Positions 27,038 through 35,334 of a stretch of 64,000 nt of DNA are shown piece by piece; positions within the stretch are counted from its first letter, which is position 1; each line of letters opens with the position of its first letter. Position numbers and translations under genes: made by a program. Source of the stretch: Rhodanobacteraceae bacterium. Lineage in GTDB: Bacteria > Pseudomonadota > Gammaproteobacteria > Xanthomonadales > Rhodanobacteraceae. The notes under the pieces are model-generated. The model saw only the letters and a list, made by a program, of their open reading frames with translations. It made no database searches and was not told the DNA's origin. The stretch covers positions 106,740 to 170,739 of the forward strand of contig DASTNI010000041.1 of assembly GCA_035720985.1 (NCBI GenBank), in the 5' to 3' direction.

Positions 27038-27642
27038 GCGGCCACCTGTTCATCGTCGCGGCGCCATCGGGAGCGGGCAAATCAACGCTGGTCAATGCGC
27101 TGCTCGAGCGCGATGCCGGCTTGGCACTGTCGATTTCACACACGACGCGCGCGCCACGCCCGGGCGATGTCGACGGCGTGCAGTACCACTTCGTCGACCG
27201 CCCGACCTTCGAGCGCATGGTCGCCGGGGGCGATTTCCTCGAACACGCCGAAGTGTTCGGCAATTATTACGGGACCTCGCGCGCCGCGGTCGTGCCGACG
27301 CTCACGGCCGGGCGCGACGTGTTGCTGGAAATCGACTGGCAGGGCGCGGCGCAGGTGCGCGCCCGGATCCCGTGCGTGTCGATCTTCATCCTGCCGCCTT
27401 CGCGCGTCGAGCTGGAACGACGCCTGCGTGCGCGCGGCACCGACAGCGCGGCGGTGATCGCCCGGCGGCTGGCCGCCTCGCGCGAGGAGATCACGCACGC
27501 CGGCGAGTTCGACTGCATCGTCGTCAACGACGATTTCACGGCAACCGTCGCCGCGCTGCAGGCGATCGTGGCCGCCGCCCGCGCGGGCCGGCCGTTGCCA
27601 GCAGCGCGCCACGCGGACCTCGTCGCGCAGCTGCTTGCCTGA
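27034..27642 (+). CDS. gmk: Guanylate kinase
   Basis: ATGA overlap with the yicC stop. P-loop SGAGKSTLV, followed by SHTTRAPRPGDVDGVQYHFV. Confidence 0.95.
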   Translation: MSGHLFIVAAPSGAGKSTLVNALLERDAGLALSISHTTRAPRPGDVDGVQYHFVDRPTFERMVAGGDFLEHAEVFGNYYGTSRAAVVPTLTAGRDVLLEIDWQGAAQVRARIPCVSIFILPPSRVELERRLRARGTDSAAVIARRLAASREEITHAGEFDCIVVNDDFTATVAALQAIVAAARAGRPLPAARHADLVAQLLA

Positions 27643-27715
27643 AGCCGACTCGCCTATCCGCGCGTCCGGCTCGCCACTATCCTTATGGGCTTGCCGGCCT
27701 GGATTCCTCTGTTGC

Positions 27716-28555
27716 ATGAATGCCGCCGTGGCCCATCCCGAATCGCCCGTCGCCGCGCTGGTCGAAGTGCGCGGCCTGCGTACGCGTATCGGCAGGAAGA
27801 TCATCTTCGATGGTCTCGACCTGGACGTGGCGCGCGGCAGCGTGACCGCGATCATGGGGCCTTCGGGGACCGGCAAGACCACCCTGCTGCGGCACATCAG
27901 CGGACAACTTCGTCCGGATGGCGGCAGCCTGCGCGTGGATGGCGAAGAGGTGGCGCGCCTGTCGCGGCGCGCGTTGTTCCACTTGCGCGAGCGCGTGGGG
28001 TACCTGTTCCAGAATTCCGCGCTGCTGACCGATTTCAGCGTGTTCGAGAACGTGGCGTTCCCGCTGCGCCAACACGCGCGTCTGCCCGAGGAACTGGTGC
28101 GCAACATCGTGCTGACCAAGCTGCAGGCGGTCGGCCTGCGGGGCGCCGCAGGCCTGATGCCAAGCGAATTGTCTGGCGGCATGGCCAGGCGCGTCGCACT
28201 TGCCCGGGCGATCGTGTTCGATCCCATGCTGATCCTGTACGACGAGCCGTTCGTGGGCCTGGACCCCATCGCACTGAACCAGGTGCTGCGGCTGATCAAG
28301 ACCCTCAACCAGACGCTCGGCATCACCTCGATCCTGGTCGCGCACGAGCTCGCGGCGATCCGGCAGGTCGCCGAACGGATCTATCTCATCGCCAACGGCA
28401 AGCTGGTGGCGCAGGGGGCGCCGGACGAGCTCGAGCACCAGGATTCGCCGTGGACCCGGCAGTTCTTTGGCGGCGATGCCGAAGGCCCGGTGCCGTTCCA
28501 CTATCCGGCGTCCGATTACGCGACTGCGCTGGGGTTGGCCGGAGGGCAGGCGTGA
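27716..28555 (+). CDS. mlaF: Phospholipid ABC transporter ATP-binding protein MlaF
   Basis: ATG at 27716. Walker A GPSGTGKTT, signature LSGGMARRVALARA, Walker B ILYDEPF. The gene is followed by mlaE and mlaD. Confidence 0.9.
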   Translation: MNAAVAHPESPVAALVEVRGLRTRIGRKIIFDGLDLDVARGSVTAIMGPSGTGKTTLLRHISGQLRPDGGSLRVDGEEVARLSRRALFHLRERVGYLFQNSALLTDFSVFENVAFPLRQHARLPEELVRNIVLTKLQAVGLRGAAGLMPSELSGGMARRVALARAIVFDPMLILYDEPFVGLDPIALNQVLRLIKTLNQTLGITSILVAHELAAIRQVAERIYLIANGKLVAQGAPDELEHQDSPWTRQFFGGDAEGPVPFHYPASDYATALGLAGGQA

Positions 28556-29319
28556 ACGCCCGCCCGCGCCGCAACTGGCTGTTGCAGGGCGTCGTGTCGC
28601 TCGGCGAGTGCGGGCTGTTTTTCGTGGCACTGGTGGGCGTCGCGCCGAAGAGCCTGCGCTACTGGCGTGAGCTCGCGCGGCAGGTCTGGTTCGTGGGCGC
28701 GATGAGCCTCGTCATCGTGATGACCTGCGGGCTGTTCGTCGGCATGGTGCTGGCGCTGCAGCTCTATTACACGCTGTCGATCTTTGGCGGCACCGCGGCG
28801 CTCGGTACCGTGGTGGCGCTGTCGCTGTTCCGCGAGCTGGGCCCCGTGGTGACGGCGTTGTTGGTCGCCGGCCGCGCGGGCACCGCGGTCACCGCCGAGA
28901 TCGGCCTCATGCGTGCGACCGATCAGCTCGATGCGATCTCGATGATGGCGGTCGACCCGCTGGCCTATGTCGCCTCGCCGCGATTCCTTGCCGGCATCAT
29001 CGCGATGCCGCTGCTCGCGTGCGTGTTCAACGCGATGGGCATCTTTGGTGGACACCTCGTTGGCGTCACCTGGCTCGGACTCGACAACGGCACCTTCTGG
29101 GGCAACATGACTTCCACGGTGTCGCTCCACAAGGACATTCTGGACGGGCTCTACAAGAGCATCGCTTTTGGCGGGGTGGTCAGCCTGATTGCGGTGTTCC
29201 AGGGCTACACCGCGCCGCCCACCAGCGAGGGCGTGGCGTACTCGACCACGCGCACGGTGGTGTTTTCATCGATCGTGGTGCTGGCGGTCGATTTCGTGAT
29301 GACGGCGTTCATGACATGA
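28552..29319 (+). CDS. mlaE: Phospholipid ABC transporter permease MlaE
   Basis: The GTG start overlaps the mlaF stop (GTGA). 255 aa. FRELGPVVTALLVAGRAGTAVTAEIGLMRATDQLDA is the typical MlaE core. Confidence 0.9.
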   Translation: MNARPRRNWLLQGVVSLGECGLFFVALVGVAPKSLRYWRELARQVWFVGAMSLVIVMTCGLFVGMVLALQLYYTLSIFGGTAALGTVVALSLFRELGPVVTALLVAGRAGTAVTAEIGLMRATDQLDAISMMAVDPLAYVASPRFLAGIIAMPLLACVFNAMGIFGGHLVGVTWLGLDNGTFWGNMTSTVSLHKDILDGLYKSIAFGGVVSLIAVFQGYTAPPTSEGVAYSTTRTVVFSSIVVLAVDFVMTAFMT

Positions 29320-29488
29320 CCCGTGACGCGTGCGCGAAGATGTCCAGTCCCGCTCGTGGCGGCGAGTGCACCGATTTTGTTCTTCGCGGGAGCGCGCCTT
29401 GCGCGCGACCGGAGCGCCCATGCGGTCGTCGGCGACGCCGGCGCCTGCATGCGCTCGCCGCGCCTTCGACCTTCCGGAAACATGCACC

Positions 29489-30004
29489 ATGAATCCACGA
29501 CCTTCCTACGCCATCGGCACCGGTTTTTTCATCCTGCTCGGCTTTGCCGCACTGGCCTATCTCGCCACGCAGACGACCTCGGTCGCCAACATCCATGGCG
29601 GCGATACCTACCTCGTCAAGGCCAGGTTCCAGAACATCGGCCAGCTGAAGGCGCGCGCACCGGTCAAGATCGCCGGCGTCAGGATCGGTGACGTCGAATC
29701 CATCCAGCTGGAACCGCGGCGAATGGACGCGCTGGTGCTGCTTGCGATCAGCAAAAAGTACGACGACATTCCGGACGACTCGTCGGCGGCCATATTCACC
29801 AGTGGTTTACTGGGTGACCAGTACGTTGGCATCGAACCGGGTGGCTCGCCGACGTCGCTGAAGAATGGCGATGAGATCATCCTGACGCAGTCGGCGATGA
29901 GCATCGAGAACCTGATCGGCAAGTTCCTGGTCAATGGTGGACCCAAGTCGAGTTCGGGTTCGGCACCGGCGGCCAGTTCATCCGCGGCGTCCGGCACCCA
30001 CTGA
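29489..30004 (+). CDS. mlaD: MCE-domain periplasmic component MlaD
   Basis: ATG at 29489. N-terminal TM segment (AIGTGFFILLGFAALAYL) and an MCE domain (ARFQNIGQLKARAPVKIAGVRIGDV). Confidence 0.9.
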   Translation: MNPRPSYAIGTGFFILLGFAALAYLATQTTSVANIHGGDTYLVKARFQNIGQLKARAPVKIAGVRIGDVESIQLEPRRMDALVLLAISKKYDDIPDDSSAAIFTSGLLGDQYVGIEPGGSPTSLKNGDEIILTQSAMSIENLIGKFLVNGGPKSSSGSAPAASSSAASGTH

Positions 30005-30047
30005 GTTGGGGTTCGGCCGGATGCTGTTGTGGCCTTGGGAGACTGAC

Positions 30048-30695
30048 ATGTTGAAGCGTTGCTGGTCGCTGCTGGCGACCGGGTTGTTGGTGATGGCGGT
30101 TGCGGCGCCGGTGCTGGCCGCGGGAGAACAGACTCCGCAGCAGATCGTGCAGTCGATCGCCGATCAGCTGGGCACGGCGATTCAGGGCCATCAGGCCGAA
30201 CTGCAGCAGAACCCGCAGCAGGCCATCGCCCTCATCAATCGCATCGTGCTGCCGCACTTCGACACCGACTATGCATCGCTGTTGGTGCTGGGCCGCTACG
30301 CGCGCCAGGCGACGCCCGCGCAGCGCGTGGCGTTCGCGAAGGCGTTCTACAACGCGCTGACGCACCGCTACGCCGAGGGCCTGGTCGCCTACACGCGCGG
30401 GTCGGTGAAGGTGTTGCCCAGTGACGGGCCGCTCGACCAGCAACGGACGATCGTGCGCACCCAGGTAATGCTCAGCAGCGGCAAGGCCCTGTCGGTCGAT
30501 TACGCGTTCCGCAGGACCGCGTCCGGTCAATGGAAGGCCTATGACGTGATCATCGAAGGCATCTCCTACATCACCAATTACCGCAACCAGGTTGCCGCGG
30601 AAATCCAGAAGGAAGGCATCGACGGGCTCATCAAGAGCCTGCAGACGCAGGGGGCCAGCGTCATCGATGAAATGAAGCAGCAGGGCGGGCACTGA
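30048..30695 (+). CDS. mlaC: Phospholipid-binding periplasmic protein MlaC (Tgt2/MlaC family)
   Basis: ATG at 30048, signal peptide MLKRCWSLLATGLLVMAVAAPVLAA. Toluene-tolerance Ttg2D-like body (WKAYDVIIEGISYITNYRNQ). Confidence 0.85.
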   Translation: MLKRCWSLLATGLLVMAVAAPVLAAGEQTPQQIVQSIADQLGTAIQGHQAELQQNPQQAIALINRIVLPHFDTDYASLLVLGRYARQATPAQRVAFAKAFYNALTHRYAEGLVAYTRGSVKVLPSDGPLDQQRTIVRTQVMLSSGKALSVDYAFRRTASGQWKAYDVIIEGISYITNYRNQVAAEIQKEGIDGLIKSLQTQGASVIDEMKQQGGH

Positions 30696-30698
30696 ACC

Positions 30699-31037
30699 AT
30701 GGCAGGGCGCGCCCGCTCCGCGGTGGTGGCCTTTGCGCGGCCCGACACCGATACGCTCGCGGTGGCCGGTGTGTTGACGTTTGCCACCGCGGCGCGCGCG
30801 CTCGCCACCGGGCGCCAAGCCCTGGCGGAGGGCAGGCCAACGCGCCTGGATCTTGCCGGCGTCACGCGTGCAGATAGCGCGGGTCTCGCTTGCGTGATCG
30901 CGCTCGCCGCCCACGCGCGGGCGGCCGGAAGCCGGCTCGCCGTCGTCAATTGGCCGAGCGGGCTGCGCGCGCTGGCCGACGTGTGCGACGTGTCCGCGCT
31001 GCTGGCCGCCCCCCCAGCCGCCGGCCGAGCCGCTTAG
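30699..31037 (+). CDS. mlaB: STAS domain protein MlaB
   Basis: 112 aa. The STAS-like segment is LDLAGVTRADSAGLACVIAL. Positioned after mlaC. Confidence 0.75.
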   Translation: MAGRARSAVVAFARPDTDTLAVAGVLTFATAARALATGRQALAEGRPTRLDLAGVTRADSAGLACVIALAAHARAAGSRLAVVNWPSGLRALADVCDVSALLAAPPAAGRAA

Positions 31038-31942
31038 CCGCTCGAAGTCGCCGTGGCTGGTGCCGCGGCCGAGGCCGCAGGGGCCGGCGCTGCCGCGCTG
31101 CCGGCAGCCGCCGGGGCGCCGCTGGAGCCGTGGGTTTTCTCGTACTGCTGTTGTTGCTGCAGCAACTGCTCGATGTCGTTGTCCTGATCCTGGCTCGGGC
31201 TGGTGCCCTGCAGCTCCTCGATCGCCGACAGTGGCGGGTTGCCGTAGTAGATCTGGTACAGGCGACGCTGGCGGTACGCGTCGCGCATGAACGCGTAGGG
31301 GTCGTAGGCGGAATCCAGCAGCGGGTCGAGCGGCAGTGCGCTTGCGCGCAGCGTTACCAGGTAGGCGAGCGTCGGCAGGTACTGCGCGTGCCACTTGAGG
31401 TCGTGCTCGCGCGCGTACCAGCTGAGCGGATCGAAGTAGCTGTCGACTGGCAGGCGCCACACGTCGCGCAGCGTGGTCGAACCGACGAAAGGCAACACGA
31501 GGTATGGACCCTCGGGGACACCCCAGTGCGCCAGCGTCACGCCAAAATCCGTGGTGTGCGTGGGCAGGCCCATGCGGGTCGCCGGATCGAGAAAGCCGAG
31601 CAGGCCTACCGTGCTGTTGACCAGGAATCGGCCGGTACTTTGCACCGCGGGAACCGGCCGCCCCTGCAGGACTTCGTTCGCGATCGTGACCGGCGTGCGC
31701 ACGTTCGTGAAGAAGTTGTCGATCAGCACGCGCTCCTGCGCGCCGGTGACCTTCACGTAGGCCTTGGCTACGGGTCGAATGGCGACCTTGTCCGCGAACA
31801 TGTTGAACGCGAACATCTTGCGGTTGAACGCCTGCAGCGGATCATCGGTGCGCGGCGGCGCGACCGCACACGCGCTGAGCGCGACGAGCAAACCGGCGAC
31901 GAGGGCGCTTCGCGCCGCGTGGGCGGCAAACCGATGGGACAT
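31034..31942 (-). CDS. mlaA: Outer-membrane lipoprotein MlaA (VacJ)
   Basis: Start trimmed to ATG at 31940-31942. Lipobox LSAC, and [14 protein letters not shown] is the typical VacJ motif. It carries a long low-complexity Q/A/P-rich C-terminal tail. Confidence 0.9.
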   Translation of the reverse strand: MSHRFAAHAARSALVAGLLVALSACAVAPPRTDDPLQAFNRKMFAFNMFADKVAIRPVAKAYVKVTGAQERVLIDNFFTNVRTPVTIANEVLQGRPVPAVQSTGRFLVNSTVGLLGFLDPATRMGLPTHTTDFGVTLAHWGVPEGPYLVLPFVGSTTLRDVWRLPVDSYFDPLSWYAREHDLKWHAQYLPTLAYLVTLRASALPLDPLLDSAYDPYAFMRDAYRQRRLYQIYYGNPPLSAIEELQGTSPSQDQDNDIEQLLQQQQQYEKTHGSSGAPAAAGSAAAPAPAASAAAPATATSSG

Positions 31943-32124
31943 GCGCGTGGTGCAAACGCTGGCAGTTGGATTCAAGCGCGCAATTGTACGGGTTGCGCCG
32001 CCGCGGGCCACGCCCGTCGCCGCGCGTCTGCACGTGGCGTTCAGGTGTGGCGTGTCCCGCTGCGAGCGGCCATGCCGGTCGTGCTGCTACAATTCATGGG
32101 TTTCAGCAACGAGCAGGAATAGGC

Positions 32125-32418
32125 ATGGCACGCATCACCGTGGAAGATTGCCTCAAGGTTGTCGACAACCGCTTCGAGCTCGTGCTCATGGCGACCCGCC
32201 GCGCGCGTCAGCTCGAGAATGGCATCGAGCCGACGGTCGACCCTGAGAACGACAAGCCGACCGTATTGGCGCTGCGCGAGATCGCCGACCACACGATCGA
32301 CATGCGCACCATCGACGAGATCGACAAGTCCGAGCGCGAACGGCGCGATCGCGAGGCCCTCGAGTGGGCGGCGGCCGAGGTCGACGAAGACATGGCCAAG
32401 GGCGCCGACGAAGCCTGA
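32125..32418 (+). CDS. rpoZ: DNA-directed RNA polymerase subunit omega
   Basis: [30 protein letters not shown]. 97 aa. Confidence 0.95.
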   Translation: MARITVEDCLKVVDNRFELVLMATRRARQLENGIEPTVDPENDKPTVLALREIADHTIDMRTIDEIDKSERERRDREALEWAAAEVDEDMAKGADEA

Positions 32419-32485
32419 TCGGAGCGCTGCGCGCGTCGCCGCGACGCGCGCAGCGGGTACAACCGGCGTTGTGCTAGCTTGAGGC

Positions 32486-34672
32486 ATGCCCAAGCGCGGC
32501 GCCAAAATCGTTACCTCGGGAGTGGCCAGACCGGGCAATGAACCGGTTGCGGCGGCCGCGCTCGAAACGCTGGCGGCGCAGCTGGCGATCTACCTGCCGC
32601 CGCCGCAGATCGAGCGCGTGCGCCGGGCGTATGCCATCGCCGCGCGCGCGCACGCGAGCCAGCGCCGCCGGAGCGGCGAGCCATACATCACGCATCCGCT
32701 CGCGGTCGCGACCATCCTCGCGAGGTTGCGCATGGACGCCGAGACCATCATCGCAGCGATCCTGCACGACACGCTCGAGGACACCGGCCTTACGCGTGCG
32801 CAGTTGACCGCGGATTTCGGCGGGACCGTCACCGAGCTCGTCGACGGGGTCACCAAGCTCGAGCGCATCCGCTTCGCCAGCCGCGTCGAGGCCGACGCCG
32901 AGAGCTTCCGCAAGATGCTGCTGGCGATGGCGCGCGACCTGCGTGTCATCCTGATCAAGCTCGCGGACCGCCTGCACAACATGCGCACGCTGGCATCGCA
33001 GACGCACGAGGCGCGCCGCCGGATCTCGCGCGAGACGCTCGAGATCTACGCGCCGATCGCCGCGCGGTTGGGCATGAACGCGATCCGCGCGGAATTGCAG
33101 GACCTGGCGTTCCGCAGCCTGTATCCCGATCGCCACAAAATCATCGCCGCGCGCATCCAGCGCACGCTCGGCAACCGCCGCGAGTCGATGGAAAGCATCG
33201 AACACGCGCTCGCCGAGCGCCTCGCCGCCGATGGCATTCCCGCACGCGTGATCAGCCGCATCAAGGCGCCCTACAGCATCTGGTCGAAGATGCGCAGCGA
33301 GCACAAGACCTTCGATGAGCTGATGGACGTGTACGGGTTCCGGCTGGTGACCGACACCGTCGCGCACTGCTACCAGGCGCTCGGCTCGGCCCATTCGCTG
33401 TTCAAGCCGGTCGAGGGCCGCTTCAAGGATTTCATCGCCATTCCCAAGGCCAACGGCTACCAGTCGCTGCACACGGTGTTGTTCGGCCCGTTTGGCGCGC
33501 CGATCGAGATCCAGATCCGCACCGAAGACATGAACACCGTGGCCGAGTGCGGCGTCGCCGCGCACTGGTCCTACAAGCAGGACGCGGTGCCATCCAACAG
33601 CGCGCAGTCGCGCGCGCGCGCCTGGGTGTCCGGCCTCGCCGACAGTCAGGCCGCGACGCCGTCGTCGCTGGAGTTCATCGAGAACGTCAAGGTCGACCTG
33701 TTTCCGGACGAGGTGTACGTGTTTACGCCGGCGGGCGACATCCACGCGCTGCCCAGGAATGCGACCGCGCTCGACCTTGCCTATTCGGTGCACACCGACG
33801 TGGGCATGCACGCCGTCGCGGTCCGCATCGACGGGCACCTGGCGGCGCTGCGCACGAAGCTCGCGTCCGGCCAGACGGTCGAGATCATCACCGCGCCTTC
33901 GCAGGTGCCAACGCCCTCGTGGCTGGACTTCGTCGTCACCGGCAAGGCGCGCGCGGCGATCCGCCAGTATCTCAAGCACCTGCAGCACGAGGATGCCGTC
34001 GACTTTGGCCACCGCATGCTGGAAAGCGCGCTCGATGCATTGGGTTCGAGCCTGAATGCCATCGCGCCCGCCGCGCTGGACCAGTTCATGGCCGAACACA
34101 ACCTGCGGCGGCTGGAGGACCTGTTGTCCGACATCGCGCTTGGCAACCGCATGCCCGACCAGGTCGCGGCCAAGCTGACCGCGCTGGGCGGCGCCGCGGG
34201 CGGCACGGCGCCACCGCCGCACCGCGCCGAGAAGATCCTCATCAGCGGTGGCGAGCGCGGCATCCTGAGTTTCGGCAATTGCTGCCATCCGGTGCCCGGC
34301 GACGACATCGTGGGCTACCTCTCGCCCGGCAAGGGCATCGTCGTGCATCGCACGGCATGCCCGAACATCGCCGAACTGGCGCGCCAGCCCGAGCACCGCG
34401 TCGAGATTGGTTGGGACCGCGAGGTACAGGGCGACTATCGCGTGGAGCTGCGCGTCGAAGTGATCAACCGCACCGGCGTGCTGGCGACCGTGTCGGCCGC
34501 GATCGCCGCGGCCAATTCCAACATCGAGGATGTCAAGTACATCGAGCGCGGCATCCAGGCGGCCACGCTGCTGTTCGCGATCGAGGTGAAGAACCGCAAG
34601 CACCTCGCCGACGTCATGCGCCGCGTGCGCAACACCCGCGTCGTCAACGGCGTGTATCGTTATCCGCTTTGA
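32486..34672 (+). CDS. spoT: Bifunctional (p)ppGpp synthetase/hydrolase
   Basis: 728 aa. HD domain (PYITHPLAVATILA ... HDTLEDT), RelA/SpoT synthetase region, and TGS and ACT regions. Confidence 0.95.
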   Translation: MPKRGAKIVTSGVARPGNEPVAAAALETLAAQLAIYLPPPQIERVRRAYAIAARAHASQRRRSGEPYITHPLAVATILARLRMDAETIIAAILHDTLEDTGLTRAQLTADFGGTVTELVDGVTKLERIRFASRVEADAESFRKMLLAMARDLRVILIKLADRLHNMRTLASQTHEARRRISRETLEIYAPIAARLGMNAIRAELQDLAFRSLYPDRHKIIAARIQRTLGNRRESMESIEHALAERLAADGIPARVISRIKAPYSIWSKMRSEHKTFDELMDVYGFRLVTDTVAHCYQALGSAHSLFKPVEGRFKDFIAIPKANGYQSLHTVLFGPFGAPIEIQIRTEDMNTVAECGVAAHWSYKQDAVPSNSAQSRARAWVSGLADSQAATPSSLEFIENVKVDLFPDEVYVFTPAGDIHALPRNATALDLAYSVHTDVGMHAVAVRIDGHLAALRTKLASGQTVEIITAPSQVPTPSWLDFVVTGKARAAIRQYLKHLQHEDAVDFGHRMLESALDALGSSLNAIAPAALDQFMAEHNLRRLEDLLSDIALGNRMPDQVAAKLTALGGAAGGTAPPPHRAEKILISGGERGILSFGNCCHPVPGDDIVGYLSPGKGIVVHRTACPNIAELARQPEHRVEIGWDREVQGDYRVELRVEVINRTGVLATVSAAIAAANSNIEDVKYIERGIQAATLLFAIEVKNRKHLADVMRRVRNTRVVNGVYRYPL

Positions 34673-34719
34673 AACCGGTGGTCGCGGGGAGCGCGCGATC
34701 GGTCCGTACCCATCTTCGA

Positions 34720-34887
34720 TTGGACCCCGCCGTCGACGGCTTTTTCGACTACCGCCTGCGGCCCGGACCTGCTACCGCGCGCAACGCCATCCGGCTGCTC
34801 GCCGAGGTGGGTTTCCCCGCCGCCATCGTTGACGCCGCGACCGCGTACGTCGAGGCCGGCGCGCGCGGGGGCAAGGTGGAGGCCTAG
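34720..34887 (+). CDS. Candidate unannotated small protein (55 aa from TTG; 69 aa from GTG at 34678)
   Basis: It is hidden in the tail of a long off-frame ORF (33547..34887). By hand count, 49 of 55 codons end in G/C. The peptide is plausible (DPAVDGFFDYRLRPGPATARNAIRLLAEVGFPAAIVDAATAYVEAGARGGKVEA). No clear SD sequence or ATG. Confidence 0.3.
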   Translation: MDPAVDGFFDYRLRPGPATARNAIRLLAEVGFPAAIVDAATAYVEAGARGGKVEA

Positions 34888-34924
34888 CCGCTAGACTTGC
34901 GGTTTCCTTATCGAGGACCGCCTC

Positions 34925-35311
34925 ATGCCACGCCAAGCCATCCATTCCGATTCCGCGCCCAAGGCCATCGGTCCGTATTCGCAGGGCGTGCGCGCGGGCA
35001 GCACCCTGTATCTGTCCGGCCAGATTCCGATCGATCCGGCCACGGGCGAGGTGGTGAAGGGTGACGTCACGGCGCAGGCGACGCGCGTGTTCGAGAATCT
35101 CAAGGCGGTGCTGGCGGCGGCCGGTGCCGGGTTCGACGACGTGCAGCGCGTCGCGATCTATATGCCTGACCTTGGCCATTTTGCCGCCGTCAACGCGGTC
35201 ATGCAGAAGTATTTTCGTGAACCCTATCCCGCGCGTTCGACCCTGGGCGTCGCCGCGTTGCCCAAGGGCGTGGCGGTCGAGATCGACGTGATCGCGACCG
35301 CTTCGCACTGA
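34925..35311 (+). CDS. ridA: RidA family reactive-intermediate deaminase (YjgF/TdcF-like)
   Basis: 128 aa. APKAIGPYSQGV ... GQIPIDPATGEVV ... ARSTLGVAALPKGVAVEID. Confidence 0.9.
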   Translation: MPRQAIHSDSAPKAIGPYSQGVRAGSTLYLSGQIPIDPATGEVVKGDVTAQATRVFENLKAVLAAAGAGFDDVQRVAIYMPDLGHFAAVNAVMQKYFREPYPARSTLGVAALPKGVAVEIDVIATASH

Positions 35312-35334
35312 CCCGCCGCGGCGTCGGGCGCGAG

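Noticed and set aside
29330-29488. An upstream in-frame extension of mlaD (ATG at 29420, or the track start at 29330).
   Set aside because: MlaD proteins begin a few residues before their single TM helix, which matches the ATG at 29489. The extension is Arg/Ala/Pro-rich and has no counterpart in the family as I know it.
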